A stretch of 64,000 bases of DNA from Octopus bimaculoides (lineage: Eukaryota). Shown here in pieces: positions 26,138 to 39,256 of the stretch. Within the stretch, counting starts at the first letter, position 1, and each line of letters opens with the position of its first letter. The notes below the pieces were generated by a model. The model was not told the DNA's origin. It worked only from the letters and a program-made list of their open reading frames with translations, and ran no database searches. A program made the translations under genes and the position numbers. Location of the stretch: assembly GCF_001194135.2 (NCBI RefSeq), contig NC_068985.1, positions 63,551,195 through 63,615,194 of the forward strand. The letters are read 5' to 3'.

Positions 26138-27275
26138 GGTTATGATATCATGGAAATAAAAAAAGAATGCATGAAAAATAATATCAATAATGTCAATGAC
26201 TACAAAAAATATGAGGGAGAAAAATATTTAAGGAACAATCACATAAAGAAATATATGGTGAATACTCTAAACACCTGAATAGGAAGCAGTATCAAAAAGA
26301 GATTCATTGAAATTTATAAAACAAAGCAGATATTCAATGATAGATAAAAATATTATACAGTATTTACAAGACAGAAACAACTACTATGGAAGCAAAATGG
26401 CATGCAGATATTGTAAGAATCAAAGGAAATATCGAATATATGGCAATACAATGTGGAAAAATAGCACACACGAAATATAAAGAGAGACACGATGAGATAA
26501 CCAAGATAATCTTTGCAATCCTACTACAGCAATATAACATACCAAAAAAAAAACAACAAAAAAAACCAGAAAATCAGAAACATGCAAATAGAAAAAGTAA
26601 CAACAAATGAAAAGGTTAAGATTTTAGTAGATAGCTCAGTAATAACACCAAACCATATAGAAAGCAATAAACCTGATGTTACAATATGTGACCATGAAAG
26701 AAAAGAAACAATAATAATTGAAATTGGAATAACATCTGTCCATGGGTAGAATTTACCATGGTGGAATATACTAAGGTGGAATTTACCTATGGTGAAATTT
26801 ACCTGGTGGAATTTACCTAGAACCAGTTTTATAATGTGACATGTATGGATATAGAGAGTTCTATACAGAAGTGCCGATCACATAAAGTGAATGAAACTTG
26901 TGGAAGAGGATGATCCAGGAAAACATTGGATGAAGTATTGAAGGCACTGAGACTTACAAAGGAGATGACAAAGGATCAAGATATCTGGTGCATTGCTGTA
27001 CTCAAGAAGAACCATCCACCACAGCACAATTGATACCAGTGCTGGTGCCACATAAAAAGCATTGGTGCTGGTATCACATTAGAAGCACTGGTGTTGGTGC
27101 CACATAAAAAGTACCCAGTATGCTCAGTAAAGTGCTTGGCATTAGGAAGGATATCCAGCCATAGAAACCATGCCAGAACAGACAATGAAGCCTGGTGTGC
27201 CCCTCACCTTACCAGCTTGTCAAATCGTCCAGTCCATGCCAGCATGGAAAACAGATGTTAAATGATGATGATGAC
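24610..27275 (+). mobile_element. RTE-clade LINE (ORF2 RT, decayed), interrupted at 25993-26825
   Basis: KAPGPSG, FVDLEKAFD, GVHQGS, YAYDL(YADD) peptides; homology resumes after the insertion and ends in a (GAT)n tail. Confidence 0.9.
25993..26825. mobile_element. Foldback-like element with TIRs built of 14-16-bp subrepeats, carrying an RLE-type non-LTR retrotransposon fragment
   Basis: GGTAAATTYCACCA(Y) units, six on the left and five inverted on the right; internal YKERHDEI and NKPD...IIEIGIT peptides at 26386-26745. Confidence 0.75.
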
Positions 27276-27621
27276 AATGATATATATTATTTTATGCTTT
27301 AATCAGTTTGATCTCAGATCATCATCAAATGTGTTATTCCAGTATGTTTGCATAGTAATACCATACTGGATTTGAACCAGGAAGCTATATTTTTAAACTT
27401 GAGTAATAGCATTTTTATCTACTAGATCACAATCTAAACTGTAAAATAGTGTACATAAATACAGACAGAAATAGTGTATACAGGTACAGACAGAAATAAC
27501 GTATATAATACAGACAAAAAAACCTAAGAAAATTTGTTTTGCCATAGAAAGTTCGCTTTTTTTGTTTTTAATTAAATCTAGTTTTTAATAAAAACATGAA
27601 AGAAAGGGGGAGTTAACTCAC

Positions 27622-27930
27622 CACATCATAATCTGATGGACTGTACATGAAGTTAAAGAAAACTGTGGAGCGCCGGTGATGTTTCTCAATGTAATCCCAG
27701 ATAGATAAACCAATAACAGGAGTTGAAGAATGTTTGGGGGAGAACCCAGATTCTTCATCAGGGCCATCAACTTTTGGTGCCTTTTTTTCTTCCAACAGCC
27801 AACCAGCTTCCATCCTCTCAAATTCTGTGTCCATCATGAATGTTCGGAAACGGTTTGATACATAATGGTAGGCCATAAATTTCAGGAAATATTGGTTGTA
27901 TTCAAAGGACAGTGGGAATTGACGGTGAAT
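27622..27930 (-). CDS. SBF2: Sbf exon (IHRQFPLSFEYN...FFNFMYSPSDYDV)
   Basis: 309 nt, AG/GTGAGT, with FP.SFE.N, SNRFRTF and FFN.MY motifs. Confidence 0.97.
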
Positions 27931-28084
27931 CTAAAAGAAAAATGAAAAACTATATACATCAGTATATAAAGGAGATGGGGGAGGGGAGGTAGGGGAGAAG
28001 AAGAAGTGGAAAGAGGCAGGGGATGGAAGGGGATGGAGAGGAAGAGGGGTGGTGGTAGCTGTACAGAGGTGAAGCACTACACAC

Positions 28085-28500
28085 TTTTCCAAACCAAAGT
28101 TACATCAAAAGAAGCTTATGGTCACTAAGTTGAATTCCCCACCACTCCACATATTTCTTGTATCCTGGCAAAAACTTCACAGCAGACAAAGGAATCATAA
28201 GTCAATTCACCATAACAGTTGACCACATGTTTCATGAATGTCTCTGATGAAATTGAACAAAGAGGACTACAAAACTTCATTCCATCCATTTTATTCCTAT
28301 CCACCTCCTTCTTTCATCATTTTTTACATTCCTCTCAATAGCTTTCTGTAAAAGGTCTTCTGTAACCAAACAACAACTCAAAACACTTTCAAAGAATCAA
28401 TCGGTTCCAGCAATCCAGAATTCTACATTACTGGAATAAACAAATTTGTTTCTTGTGGTTAGAAACATGGAGATTCTAATGGTTATTATTTTCAATTATT
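28085..28500 (+). mobile_element. Degenerate mariner transposase fragment
   Basis: PKLHQKKLMV and FYITGINKFV...NGYYF peptides. Confidence 0.6.
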
Positions 28501-28694
28501 AAAATATATAATTTATTGAAATATATTGCTGTAATGTTGATGGTTAAAAACTATTCTTATGCAACAACCTGATTGTGAATGCAATAAAACAAGGATATGT
28601 AGCAATGACACATACACAATGACAGAACTATGAACAAGTATATCTACCTTAGTGGAATGATATCAGAGTTTTAGAGAAACAGATATAGTCTTAC

Positions 28695-28880
28695 CTGATG
28701 TACAATATCTAAGAACTGTAGGAAGATAGCAGCAAAACCACTGGCTTGGTTGGCTGCTGTCTGGTTACTTCGGTGAGTAAACCGATGACCACAAGACAAC
28801 CATTCTTTCTCAATAAGAGCCTTGAAACCTTCCAATGTCCGATAATATGGGTCTAGTAATATCTGAGCAACACTTACAAT
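28695..28880 (-). CDS. SBF2: Sbf exon ([19 protein letters not shown]...[10 protein letters not shown])
   Basis: 186 nt, AG/GTAAGA, canonical myotubularin and SID-region motifs. Confidence 0.97.
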
Positions 28881-30152
28881 CTGGAAGGAGAAAAAAAACA
28901 TTAAATGTATGTATATATGGACACATATACCAACATATGGACTAGCATCTTCATCTTGGTTGCTATAGTCACAACATTTACTATTAAGTGTAACAGTTTA
29001 GCTAGTAAGCACGAGTTCAATTCCAGTTGCAGTCAAACAATATAAATGTTCTGATTCAAGTGAAATGAATGCACTAGGAAGAGACTAATTAACAGAACAA
29101 TAGTTAACAGAATAATTTCAGTACAATAATTAAGAGGAAAATAATTAGAACAATCAACAGGAGAATACTTAACAGGGAAATAATAATAGAATATCCCTGG
29201 ATAATGAAATGGAAATGATGAACCCCAGTGGATTTGATAAAGGCTTTGGTGCCTAATTTTAAGAACATCACTAAATAGAGAGGTACCTGAAAAAGCCTAC
29301 AGGGTACAATGACTGAAACATTGTGACTATAAAAACAAGGATGAAGACACTGGTCTGAATTCATCAGTCTATAATAATGATACTGACACATATGCATTCA
29401 GTTTAGTGTATTTCAGAAATAAAGATGCATACACAATGGTAGTTTCTGCCAACAAATTTCTAAAACCAAAATTTGGAACAGGCATTGTGCAATTAATTAA
29501 TATCAACCCTTGTATTGAACTGGTATTTACTTTATTCACCACCCCACACCAAACAAATACATAAAAAAAAAAGCAATGAACAAAATTTTCTCCTCAGTGA
29601 ATTTTGTATAGAATATAGTTAATAATTAAATATTAGAGGTCATTAAATTAGATGATCTACTAATTTCACTATAAATTTAAATAAAAGATTGTGACATTTG
29701 GTAAATTGATGTCAATCTTTATAGAATAGATCTGTGATAAAAGGCCTGCCAGCCATATTGTCAGACAGTTTACTATAGACATTATCTGGAGTTCTTTCTT
29801 TAATTTTAGAGATGAAATAATATGATTACAAGGTTTGTCTGCTACTTCTAGCAGGTTGAGTGATTATTTAGAAGCTCCTTTTTCAGTTCGCATTATATAA
29901 ATACTCACATAGAGATGAACTTGATACCCTCACATTTAAAATCAGAGTCTTTATCAACAGAGCTATGCAGGCAATATTTCATATATTAGAGAAATGTAAG
30001 TATTGTAAACAATTGACTTAATGAAGAGAGCGTCTACTTTATTTCTATTGGCCATGACTGATTACTACTACTACTACTGCAGCTGCTGTCACTGTCTGTT
30101 AGCAGAAGGTTAAACAAACTCAGCTGCTACATCTCAATCTTTCAAGTACATA

Positions 30153-31831
30153 CACTGGCCAGTTGAAAAGTTCATAGGCTGATCAAGATACTTTCATGGA
30201 ATGTGACCAAATAAGGTTTATTTGTCAACATAGTCCCCCTTGTGGTCCACACATTTCTTTCATCAGTGTTGCAGTGCTTAGATCCCATTGGTGAAGAATC
30301 TTTCATCCTGTTGATCAAAAAAGTTATCAGTAGCAAATATGATATAATCACTGTGATACTGGTTCCCAGCCAAATGTCTTTTTATTTTATGCTGGGGAAC
30401 AAATGAGAGTCAGACGGGGCCAAATCAGGAGAACAGGGAGAAGGATCAATCAGTTCAAAGCCACAGTCAGGCACAGCAGCTATTGAAAGCAAGGACTTGT
30501 GTGCTGGAGCATTGCCCTGATGAAACAAGACCCCTCTGATCAGTTTTCCTGGGTGTTTGGTCTTGATAGCCTTTCGTAACTGCCTCAGCAAGTTAGCACA
30601 GTACTCTTCATTGATGGTGTGGCTCTTTTGAAGATAGTCAATAAACAATGCTTTTTACCATCACATTCCCTGCAGATGAAACAATCTTGGCCTTCTTTGG
30701 ATCAGGTGAAGAGGGGTATTTCCACTGCATGGATTGTCTCTTTGTCTGTGGCTGAAAGTGATGAAGCCAACACTCATCCTGGGTTAGAAAACATTCAAAG
30801 AGACCAGCAAGGTCTGCCTCAAACAATGTCAGATTCTCCCATGAGGTGATCAGCCTGATGTGCTTTTGATCAGGTGTTAGAAGACGCAGCAGCCACTAAG
30901 CAGAAACTTTCATCATGTCAAGTTCATAGTACAGAATATTCTCAACTCTCTCATGGGATATGCTAACAGCATTGGATATTTGATTTATAGTCAATCATCT
31001 GTCATCCATCACTATGTGGTGAACACAATATTTTCTTTGGTGGTGATAGTTGTAAGACATCCAGACATTGGATCATCTTCAAGACACTCCTAAATTCAGC
31101 TGCCCACTTTTGCACTGTTGATAAAGCTGGAGTGTCATCCCTGAATGTAGCAACCATATCAGCATGAATGTTATTGTGTGCTAAAGCCTTTTTCAGCAGG
31201 TACTTGATAACACTATAATGCCATATTTTGCCCATTTTCAACAGACATCACTACTAATTACTTTTAAAGCCTTCTTTGAACAGTCAGATGTCAGTTTACC
31301 TGGAAAGAAACAATGTAGTTACTAATAAGGAGGGTTGAAATTGATGCTTTCAAGGTTTTTGTGAGGATGAGCCAGAAGAAGAGGACCATGACGTCAATGG
31401 TCAAGGGACTAACCAGAAGTTGTTGCCTCTCAAACTTCCCCCGCGAATGAAGAGTTGGTGAAGTCACTGCCCGTAGTTGAGGCTGTGGTCAGGGGAAATA
31501 CGTTCAAGGCCCTGACATCAATGGTCAAAGGACTGACCGGAAGAGGAAGTGCAAGCAGGGAAGTATGGGGGAGACAGGATAGGGTCAGCCTCTTCTTGCC
31601 AGCTGAGGTATCATGAACAGACGTCAAGGAATTCGCTTCTGGGTTGGTTAGATAGCAGCTGCTTATACTGGGTGACAGGATAGGGCAGGATTGCTGGAGT
31701 GACTACTACTAGACAGGTGCAGACGAGAGAGGAAGGTCGGTGAATATTTTTTCATTTTCCACGCATGACAGTTTTACAGTTTCGGCACCACTCCTTCATA
31801 GTCAGTCTATGAACTTTTCAGCCCACTCTTG
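30153..31831 (-). mobile_element. Mariner-family transposon, decayed, with ~450-bp internal insertion
   Basis: Imperfect TIRs (GAAAAGTTCATAG[G/A]CTGA core) with TA ends; TQDECW, HQGNAPAH and SPDLAPSD motifs. Confidence 0.88.
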
Positions 31832-31880
31832 TAGAGTAGGTGAGGTGTTATTAATATAAATACCTGAGTACATCACTTAC

Positions 31881-31985
31881 CTGAGTAGTTACATCCCAAC
31901 CATCTTCTAGACAAATTATCACTGAAGAACCCTGTACATCCAGGAGATCAACCACAGCACCAGCCAACTGCATCACATTTTGTAC
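31881..31985 (-). CDS. SBF2: Sbf exon with degenerate catalytic loop (SSVIICLEDGWDVTTQ)
   Basis: 105 nt, AG/GTAAGT. CLEDGWDV replaces the active HCSDGWDR motif. Confidence 0.97.
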
Positions 31986-32010
31986 CTGTAATATCATGGA
32001 GTTTAGTTTT

Positions 32011-32065
<55 letters not shown>

Positions 32066-33047
32066 AACACATATATACATACAGACATACACACACAATG
32101 ATTTTTAAAAGTTTACAAAATTTACCTGAAACAGAATCTATTTAACAATAGTAGATCTGAATAGAGCATTAATAAAACTAACTGAAAATAATTATGCGCA
32201 GAGAAAAAAAATAACTCCTTTTCTTGGTACAGATGGGAGACAACTTTATAGAGGTTTTTAACTTATTCTGTCCTTAGCAGCAAAACATTGCCTCCCTTTA
32301 GTAACAATTGTTGCTAGTATAAGCATAAGGCCAGCAATTTTGATAGGAAAGGATTCCTCAGTTACATCAACCCCAGGATTAGACAGGTACTTCATCAAGC
32401 CTCTGAAAAGATGAAAGACAAAGTGATACAAAGCAGGAACTTAGCTCAGTTTAGCCTGTCAAGAGCCATCACTAAGCACTGCTAGACATTTCATCTGCTG
32501 TTCTAACAATTCTACCAATGTACCATCTTCCTCCTAAACAATGAATCATTTAAATGATCATAACCATAGTTTTTATCAAGTTCTACATGTCAAACCTCTA
32601 AGTGAGGGGCATGAAGAAATACAATGACAGCGAAAAAAAACATAAAATCATTTAGGGACACTGACCAAATAGAAAAATAAAAGTTAATTGATAAATTACA
32701 TATGAACCATCAATTACAAACAAATACCATTGTTATTCTCAAATGTTTAAATAATTAAATACACCATATATTTAGTACTCCAGTTTATTATTGGGATAAA
32801 ACTGGATTAGAAATAGTTAGCTTAAAAGCTCTCAACAAATGGCTACCGATGAACCTGTAAATGAAAAATCTTTAATTTCTATTCTTAAGGAGGAGGAAAT
32901 GAGAGTCTATGATGCTCATACTTTTCACATTAAGGCATGTAAAAGGACTCAAAACCAAGATTACTAGGACACAGGTGAACTCTGTGGTACTCATCATCAA
33001 CAAAAAACTGTTTACAATATAAAGACTGAAGGTACTATTAATTCTAC

Positions 33048-33224
33048 CTGTAAAAGCCACTCAGAATCTTCAACTCCTTTGTAGAGAGTGTGCTCAGGAC
33101 TGGACGGTGGGGCACTAGGAACACAGGCCTTCATCAACTTCTTGAAGCTTGCTTTGATATGTCGCACTTCAAAGAAATCGACAGGAATGAAATCACACTG
33201 ACGAAAAGAATCAACTTTGATGCC
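33048..33224 (-). CDS. SBF2: Sbf exon (GIKVDSF...IKASFKKLMKACVPS...EDSEWLLQ)
   Basis: 177 nt, AG/GT boundaries, myotubularin KASFKKL..AC and DSEW motifs. Confidence 0.97.
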
Positions 33225-33349
33225 CTGAAAATATGAAGAAAGGGAACCATAACTGATGGCACATCATATAGTTCATGGAACTACAAACATTTGAGGTAGT
33301 ATGGCCACAGACAAAGGCGTTTAAAATGTATAAGGTTAAAAATACTTAC

Positions 33350-33528
33350 CTTCATTTGTGCTTTTTCACCCAGTATATGCAAAGAAACTTTGTGTAATCC
33401 TTGTACAGAACTATTAACAATGTCTCCCTTGGGATCCAAGCTGCCATTCTGACGTAAAGTTCGATTAGATTCAAGGCTTCCTGTTTGAAGTTTGGGTTTT
33501 TCTCGAAAACTACCAATCCTTCCCAATG
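33350..33528 (-). CDS. SBF2: Sbf exon (LGRIGSF...SLHILGEKAQMK)
   Basis: tttcAG acceptor, GTAAGT donor, phase 1-0. LHILGEKAQMK matches SBF LYILGDKAQLK. Confidence 0.93.
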
Positions 33529-33682
33529 CTGAAAGTGAAAGTACAACAGGATTATATGAACTGAATAATTAATACAACCAGTAACATTAGCAATGCTGTG
33601 AAGAGAATGTTAGGAAAACAATACTAGATCTTACAGGTCAGTACTGAGTGTAAGGTGTGTGCACTTCACAAAACAGCTACAT

Positions 33683-33720
<38 letters not shown>

Positions 33721-33730
33721 NNNNNNNNNN

Positions 33731-33781
<51 letters not shown>

Positions 33782-33999
33782 TAGATAGACAGGCAAACAG
33801 AGACAGACAGATAAATGTTATGAGATGCCCTGAAAGTAGACATGATAAGATGGTCAACAGACAACAATCAATGCATTGTTGTGTGTTCATGGAAATCAAA
33901 ACAAATTAGTTGGATTAGAGTGACACCATTGATGATTTTCAAGTAATTTAGAATCTTATTGTCCTTTTATGTTTACAACTGAACAATGCCTTTCTCCCC

Positions 34000-34035
<36 letters not shown>

Positions 34036-34712
34036 TATACACACAATATTATGTCAACACTTGCCATTGCACATAAATGGAAGAAATACCTTTACCTTCC
34101 TGTCATATATCTCTGACTGAGGAGGAAGGATGGGAGATATAGAGGGATGGCAATGAGGTTTATTTTAAGATAGATTTCTAAATATAATCAGGATAGAGAA
34201 AGTGGGGTACTGTTACTTTAAACGGATTCTGTTTCTGTATCTGTGAAGAAACTGGCTGTTAAAATTATTGGCATGTTATATAAAAACATTATGTATGGAA
34301 TCAATATACCAATTACAGTAAGATATATTGTCAAAGACTTTGACTATTTTGTGATGGCTGAAACAGTGGTTATAGAAATATACAGACTATCAGGAATAAT
34401 AAGAGAGATGGTAAAGATTTGGCAGAGTATATAAGTGCATTATATGAAAACATGCATATAAGTATAGACAACTGTATATATTCAAAGTGTGTGTATATAT
34501 CAGAGAAAAGACAGAATATGTAACAGTATATATAAGAGATTGAGATAGTCATCAGTATTTCAATCTTCTTCAGTTGAAGTGAAATAACTGTAAAAAAAAA
34601 AAAGACATGCATTGCGAGCAGCTGAGATTAGTCAAGATAGATAGGGTCATGCACCCATTGTAAGAGATGTAAAGAATGGCAGCCTGTATGCAGTCATTTT
34701 ATGAGTCTTTTT

Positions 34713-34745
<33 letters not shown>

Positions 34746-35167
34746 ATAGAGAAAAGATGGTTCTCTGCAAGCTAAGATTACAACACTGGTTGTATTATAG
34801 TAATTTGTGAAAGACTCCCTTGCCTATATTGATTCTGTTAGTCTAACTTTAAGGTTCAACATGCCAGGTGTAACATTTATGAGCAGATTTCTTCAATTAT
34901 TTATTCTATCTAAATTCATTGTAGCTTTGTGGTGGTACCAGACACCAAACATCAAAACCAGCACTTCAATGATTTTTCTAAGAGAATATTCTCCCAACAG
35001 ATATATCTAACACACTTATTTCAAAAACAACAAAGACCTGATAGGAGTGGATGGTAGAACCAGACAGAAATGCCTAACAATATTTCATTATATCCAGAGT
35101 TCAATATTATCCCAAATCTACTTTCAAGATTAATAAGTGTTGAGGGTTTATGTAAACCTCAGTACCC

Positions 35168-35416
35168 TATTTTTTTTCTGGTTTAATTTACTTCAATCGG
35201 GAGATCAAGACTAATTCTATCTTTAAAGAAGCCAACTTCAAACCCTAACTACACATTGATATGTGCTGTGTATTTGGCATTAAATCATGGATCTATACGT
35301 CTTAGGTCTTGGAATTACTGTACAAATAATAAGTATAGTTAGGGTTTAAAGTTGGCTTCTTTAAAGATAGAATTATTTTTGTTCTCTTTATTGAAGTAAA
35401 TTAAACCAAAAAAATA
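35168..35416. repeat. ~83-bp inverted repeat with ~84-bp spacer (MITE-like or Penelope-derived)
   Basis: 35168-35251 pairs with 35336-35416, roughly 88% by eye. Confidence 0.8.
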
Positions 35417-36935
35417 AAAAAGAAGCCACCTCTTGTAGGTTGGTCATGTTAAAGTTCCCTAGAATATACGGAAGATAATAGGGGTAATAAAATAGGGTTG
35501 GCTTCTACCCCATTCTCCACCCCCAAAGAAAACAGAAATTAGGTTTGTTTGGTACTTTACCACCTCATCATACAATTTTCTAATTAAGTGTGAACTTCTA
35601 GGATAACAATGAGAAAACATGTGCATTTGTACACACATGCATGTGTGCACGCACACACACACAGAAAATAGTAGATAAGTTGACTCAAGCAGCATTCACA
35701 GTAAGCTCCCCATTTGGAATCAATTATCAGTTTATATAGTAATGATTATATATATTTATATGTGTGTGTGTGTGTGTGTATTGACTTCATTTCTTAACCT
35801 ACTTCTAAGAGGGGCTCCTCTCCCTGTAACTCCAGACTTCATTTCTTACTTGTATTTATGCTTATTTTGTTAGTAATGCTTTTCTCTGTGTGTGCGTTTA
35901 TACATATCATCATCATTTAACATCTATCTTCCATGCATGCATGGGTAGGATGGTTGACAGGAGTTGGGCAGTTTGAAGACTACCTCAGGCAACTGTGTCT
36001 ATTTTAGCAGGGTATTTTACAGCTGGATGCCTTTCCTAACACCAACCACTCCGCAGAGTAGACTGAGTGCTTTTTACATGGCAACAGCAGAGTCACCAAG
36101 TAACTTGCAAGACAAGGAATTTTGAGAGGGGAGGGGACATTGGAGGACGGAATCTTCTGTCTGATGATGAAAGGTTAGAGTGTGACTGAGAGACAGGGAG
36201 GCAGAAACAGGTGATGATGAATATGTCTGTATATATATANNNNNNNNNNNNNNNNNNNNNNNNNNNNNNNNNNNNNNNNNNNNNNNNNNNNNNNNNNNNN
36301 NNNNNNNNNNNNNNNNNNNNNNNNNNNNNNNNNNNNNNNNNNNNNNNNNNNNNNNNNNNNNNNNNNNNNNNNNNNNNNNNNNNNNNNNNNNNNNNNNNNN
36401 NNNNNNNNNNNNNNNNNNNNNNNNNNNNNNNNNNNNNNNNNNNNNNNNNNNNNNNNNNNNNNNNNNNNNNNNNNNNNNNNNNNNNNNNNNNNNNNNNNNN
36501 NNNNNNNNNNNNNNNNNNNNNNNNNNNNNNNNNNNNNNNNNNNNNNNNNNNNNNNNNNNNNNNNNNNNNNNNNNNNNNNNNNNNNNNNNNNNNNNNNNNN
36601 NNNNNNNNNNNNNNNNNNNNNNNNNNNNNNNNNNNNNNNNNNNNNNNNNNNNNNNNNNNNNNNNNNNNNNNNNNNNNNNNNNNNNNNNNNNNNNNNNNNN
36701 NNNNNNNNNNNNNNNNNNNNNNNNNNNNNNNNNNNNNNNNNNNNNNNNNNNNNNNNNNNNNNNNNNNNNNNNNNNNNNNNNNNNNNNNNNNNNNNNNNNN
36801 NNNNNNNNNNNNNNNNNNNNNNNNNNNNNNNNNNNNNNNNNNNNNNNNNNNNNNNNNNNNNNNNNNNNNNNNNNNNNNNNNNNNNNNNNNNNNNNNNNNN
36901 NNNNNNNNNNNNNNNNNNNNNNNNNNNNNNNNNNN

Positions 36936-36977
<42 letters not shown>

Positions 36978-37539
36978 TGCTCTTCCTACTCCAAACCACT
37001 CCACTAATGATTAAATGTAGGTCCTGTTGTCCAGCCATGCCAATGGAGTAGTATAATTGTCTAACAACACAAAATGACAGAAGCAAGATTTCAAAACATT
37101 CTCAACCTTGTGCACCAATTAACTGTAGAATTTCAAGAAATTACCAGAAGTAGTTAATTTTAGCTGCAGTTGTTTGCTACAGTGAAGATCAGCAAAAATA
37201 AGTCATATACAAACATGGTATTGATCAAAGTGGTAGTGTGTTGGGGGAGGGAATTTGGGGAAACGGTGTTAGTTTTATTTGGAAATTTTGTATTGTCTGA
37301 GTGAAAGAACTATGTGTGAGAGCTGAAAGGTAGACATGCCACAGAAGGCACACTTCTTCATTTGAGAGGGAAGAGGATCAGAAGAATATATTGTTAAACC
37401 AACATAAATATATTAGATAGAGAATAATAAAAATGTGTGGCCAAAATTAAAGCAAAGAAGAAAGAATAGCAGTTAAGTTAGTGAAAGAATCTTAGGAGTT
37501 TCCACAAGAATTTGGTGTGATTAGATTAGAGACAGAGTA

Positions 37540-38400
37540 GGTTGGCGAGAAATTGTTGACCACATTTTATAAACACATTTTTAACCAGCCAGAAAATTTT
37601 GACAATAGTTTTAACAAATTTAACAAAGGCAACTTCATTTTATTTAGTTCTCTTCCAATTTTGAAATAGTATTCTTGATCCAACAATCATTATCACCCAT
37701 ATTGTTTTACCATCATCTATCATACAACACGTTCATCTTGCTGCTTCCGTCTTGAGTCAAAAGTTTTGCAGTATTTTGCTAAATTATTTGCAAAAACAGC
37801 CTAACATCCAAAGTAGAGGCCATCATGCAGCATTGTGAATCCACCTTTCTGCAAGTTCTTTGATTCTATGCAGATATGAGTCCTTTTCTTTCAAGGCAAA
37901 GGACTCCTTCACTGAAGCTTCCACCTCTTCAACTGATGAAATGTCGCAAGCACAGGAAGTGAGCCATGGATCAGAACAAGTAATAATCCAAGGGAGATAC
38001 TTTTCCATAATCTTAATGTGCATAAGCAGTGGCCAAGTAAGGTCCAGCTTCCAGAACTTGTTGCCAAACATGGGCATTTTAAACACAAGGTGATGCTAAG
38101 CCTCTGGTAGAATTATGAGGAGATACTTCACTACAAGTTCATTCTAGACACTCAATCCATCAATGCAAACCTGTATTTCAAACAACTGGAGCAGACGTAT
38201 GCAAAAATACTCAGCATTGGTTAAAAGAAAGTGAGCTCTTCAGCAAGGCCTCACAGCCCTTAAACAACAGCAAGAATTTGAGGAAATTGAACTATCACAC
38301 CCAGCATATAGTCTGGATCTAGATCCCTTAGATTATTACTCATTCCAATCCATGGCTAACTTCCAGTACTCATGACACTTTATTAATCAAGGGGAGGTGG
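37540..38400. mobile_element. Two mariner 3' fragments in opposite orientation
   Basis: LDYYLF.SMAHF on minus (~37940-37990) and HPAYSLDL..LDYYSFQSMANF on plus (~38290-38365); one TIR-like end at 37540. Confidence 0.65.
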
Positions 38401-38994
38401 AAGATTCAGTGAATATGATATAGGATACACACACACAGACACACATATATATAAAATACAATGAGATATTATATTAAAATAATATATTACGATATATTAA
38501 ATACATTATAATATAGTTGGCTATAGCAATTAAAACCAAAAAGGAAAAATTCAAAAATAAGGGTGCAAGACAGCACCACAATTGCTAGAAATAAGAGCTA
38601 AAATATGTAACTCGAATGGCCACACAAAATCACCAACCTCATGAGATATACAGGGACTGCAAGTGGCAAGCCACAACATCTTTCTTTGGTGAAATAAACT
38701 CACCAAATACATATATATATGAAGGCACATGGCTCAGTGGTTAGAGCATCAGGCTTACCCAGATTGGGCTGTGTGTTGAGTTCTTGAGCAAGTCACTTTA
38801 TTTCATGTTGCTCTAGTTCATTCAGCTGAAGATATGAGTTATGATGTTACTGGTGTCAGCTGTATCAACCTTTGCTTTTCTCTCAGACAGCATCAGTGCC
38901 AAGGAAAGGAAAGACTGGTATGTATGGGTAACTGCTGGTCTTGGGCCTCAGAAGGGAACTTTCTAGGTGCAATCTCATGGTCATTCACAGCTGA

Positions 38995-39051
<57 letters not shown>

Positions 39052-39256
39052 CACACACACACACACGCATATATACATATATCTTTACACATACGCACAT
39101 ATGCTATGTATATTTAATGCTATATATTTAATATATATCCAATGTTCTATATGTATATATACATATCCATATGCTATATATTCAACATACATGCTGTATA
39201 CAAAAATCAGCTTACAATGGTCTCTCTAGTTCTGCACATCATGTAACTATGCTTAG

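Noticed and set aside
29104-29397. Hydrophobic 97-aa ORF as a membrane protein (also 4441-4926, 9918-10157)
   Set aside because: Expected from T-rich intron/UTR or antisense gag sequence; no motif or splice support.
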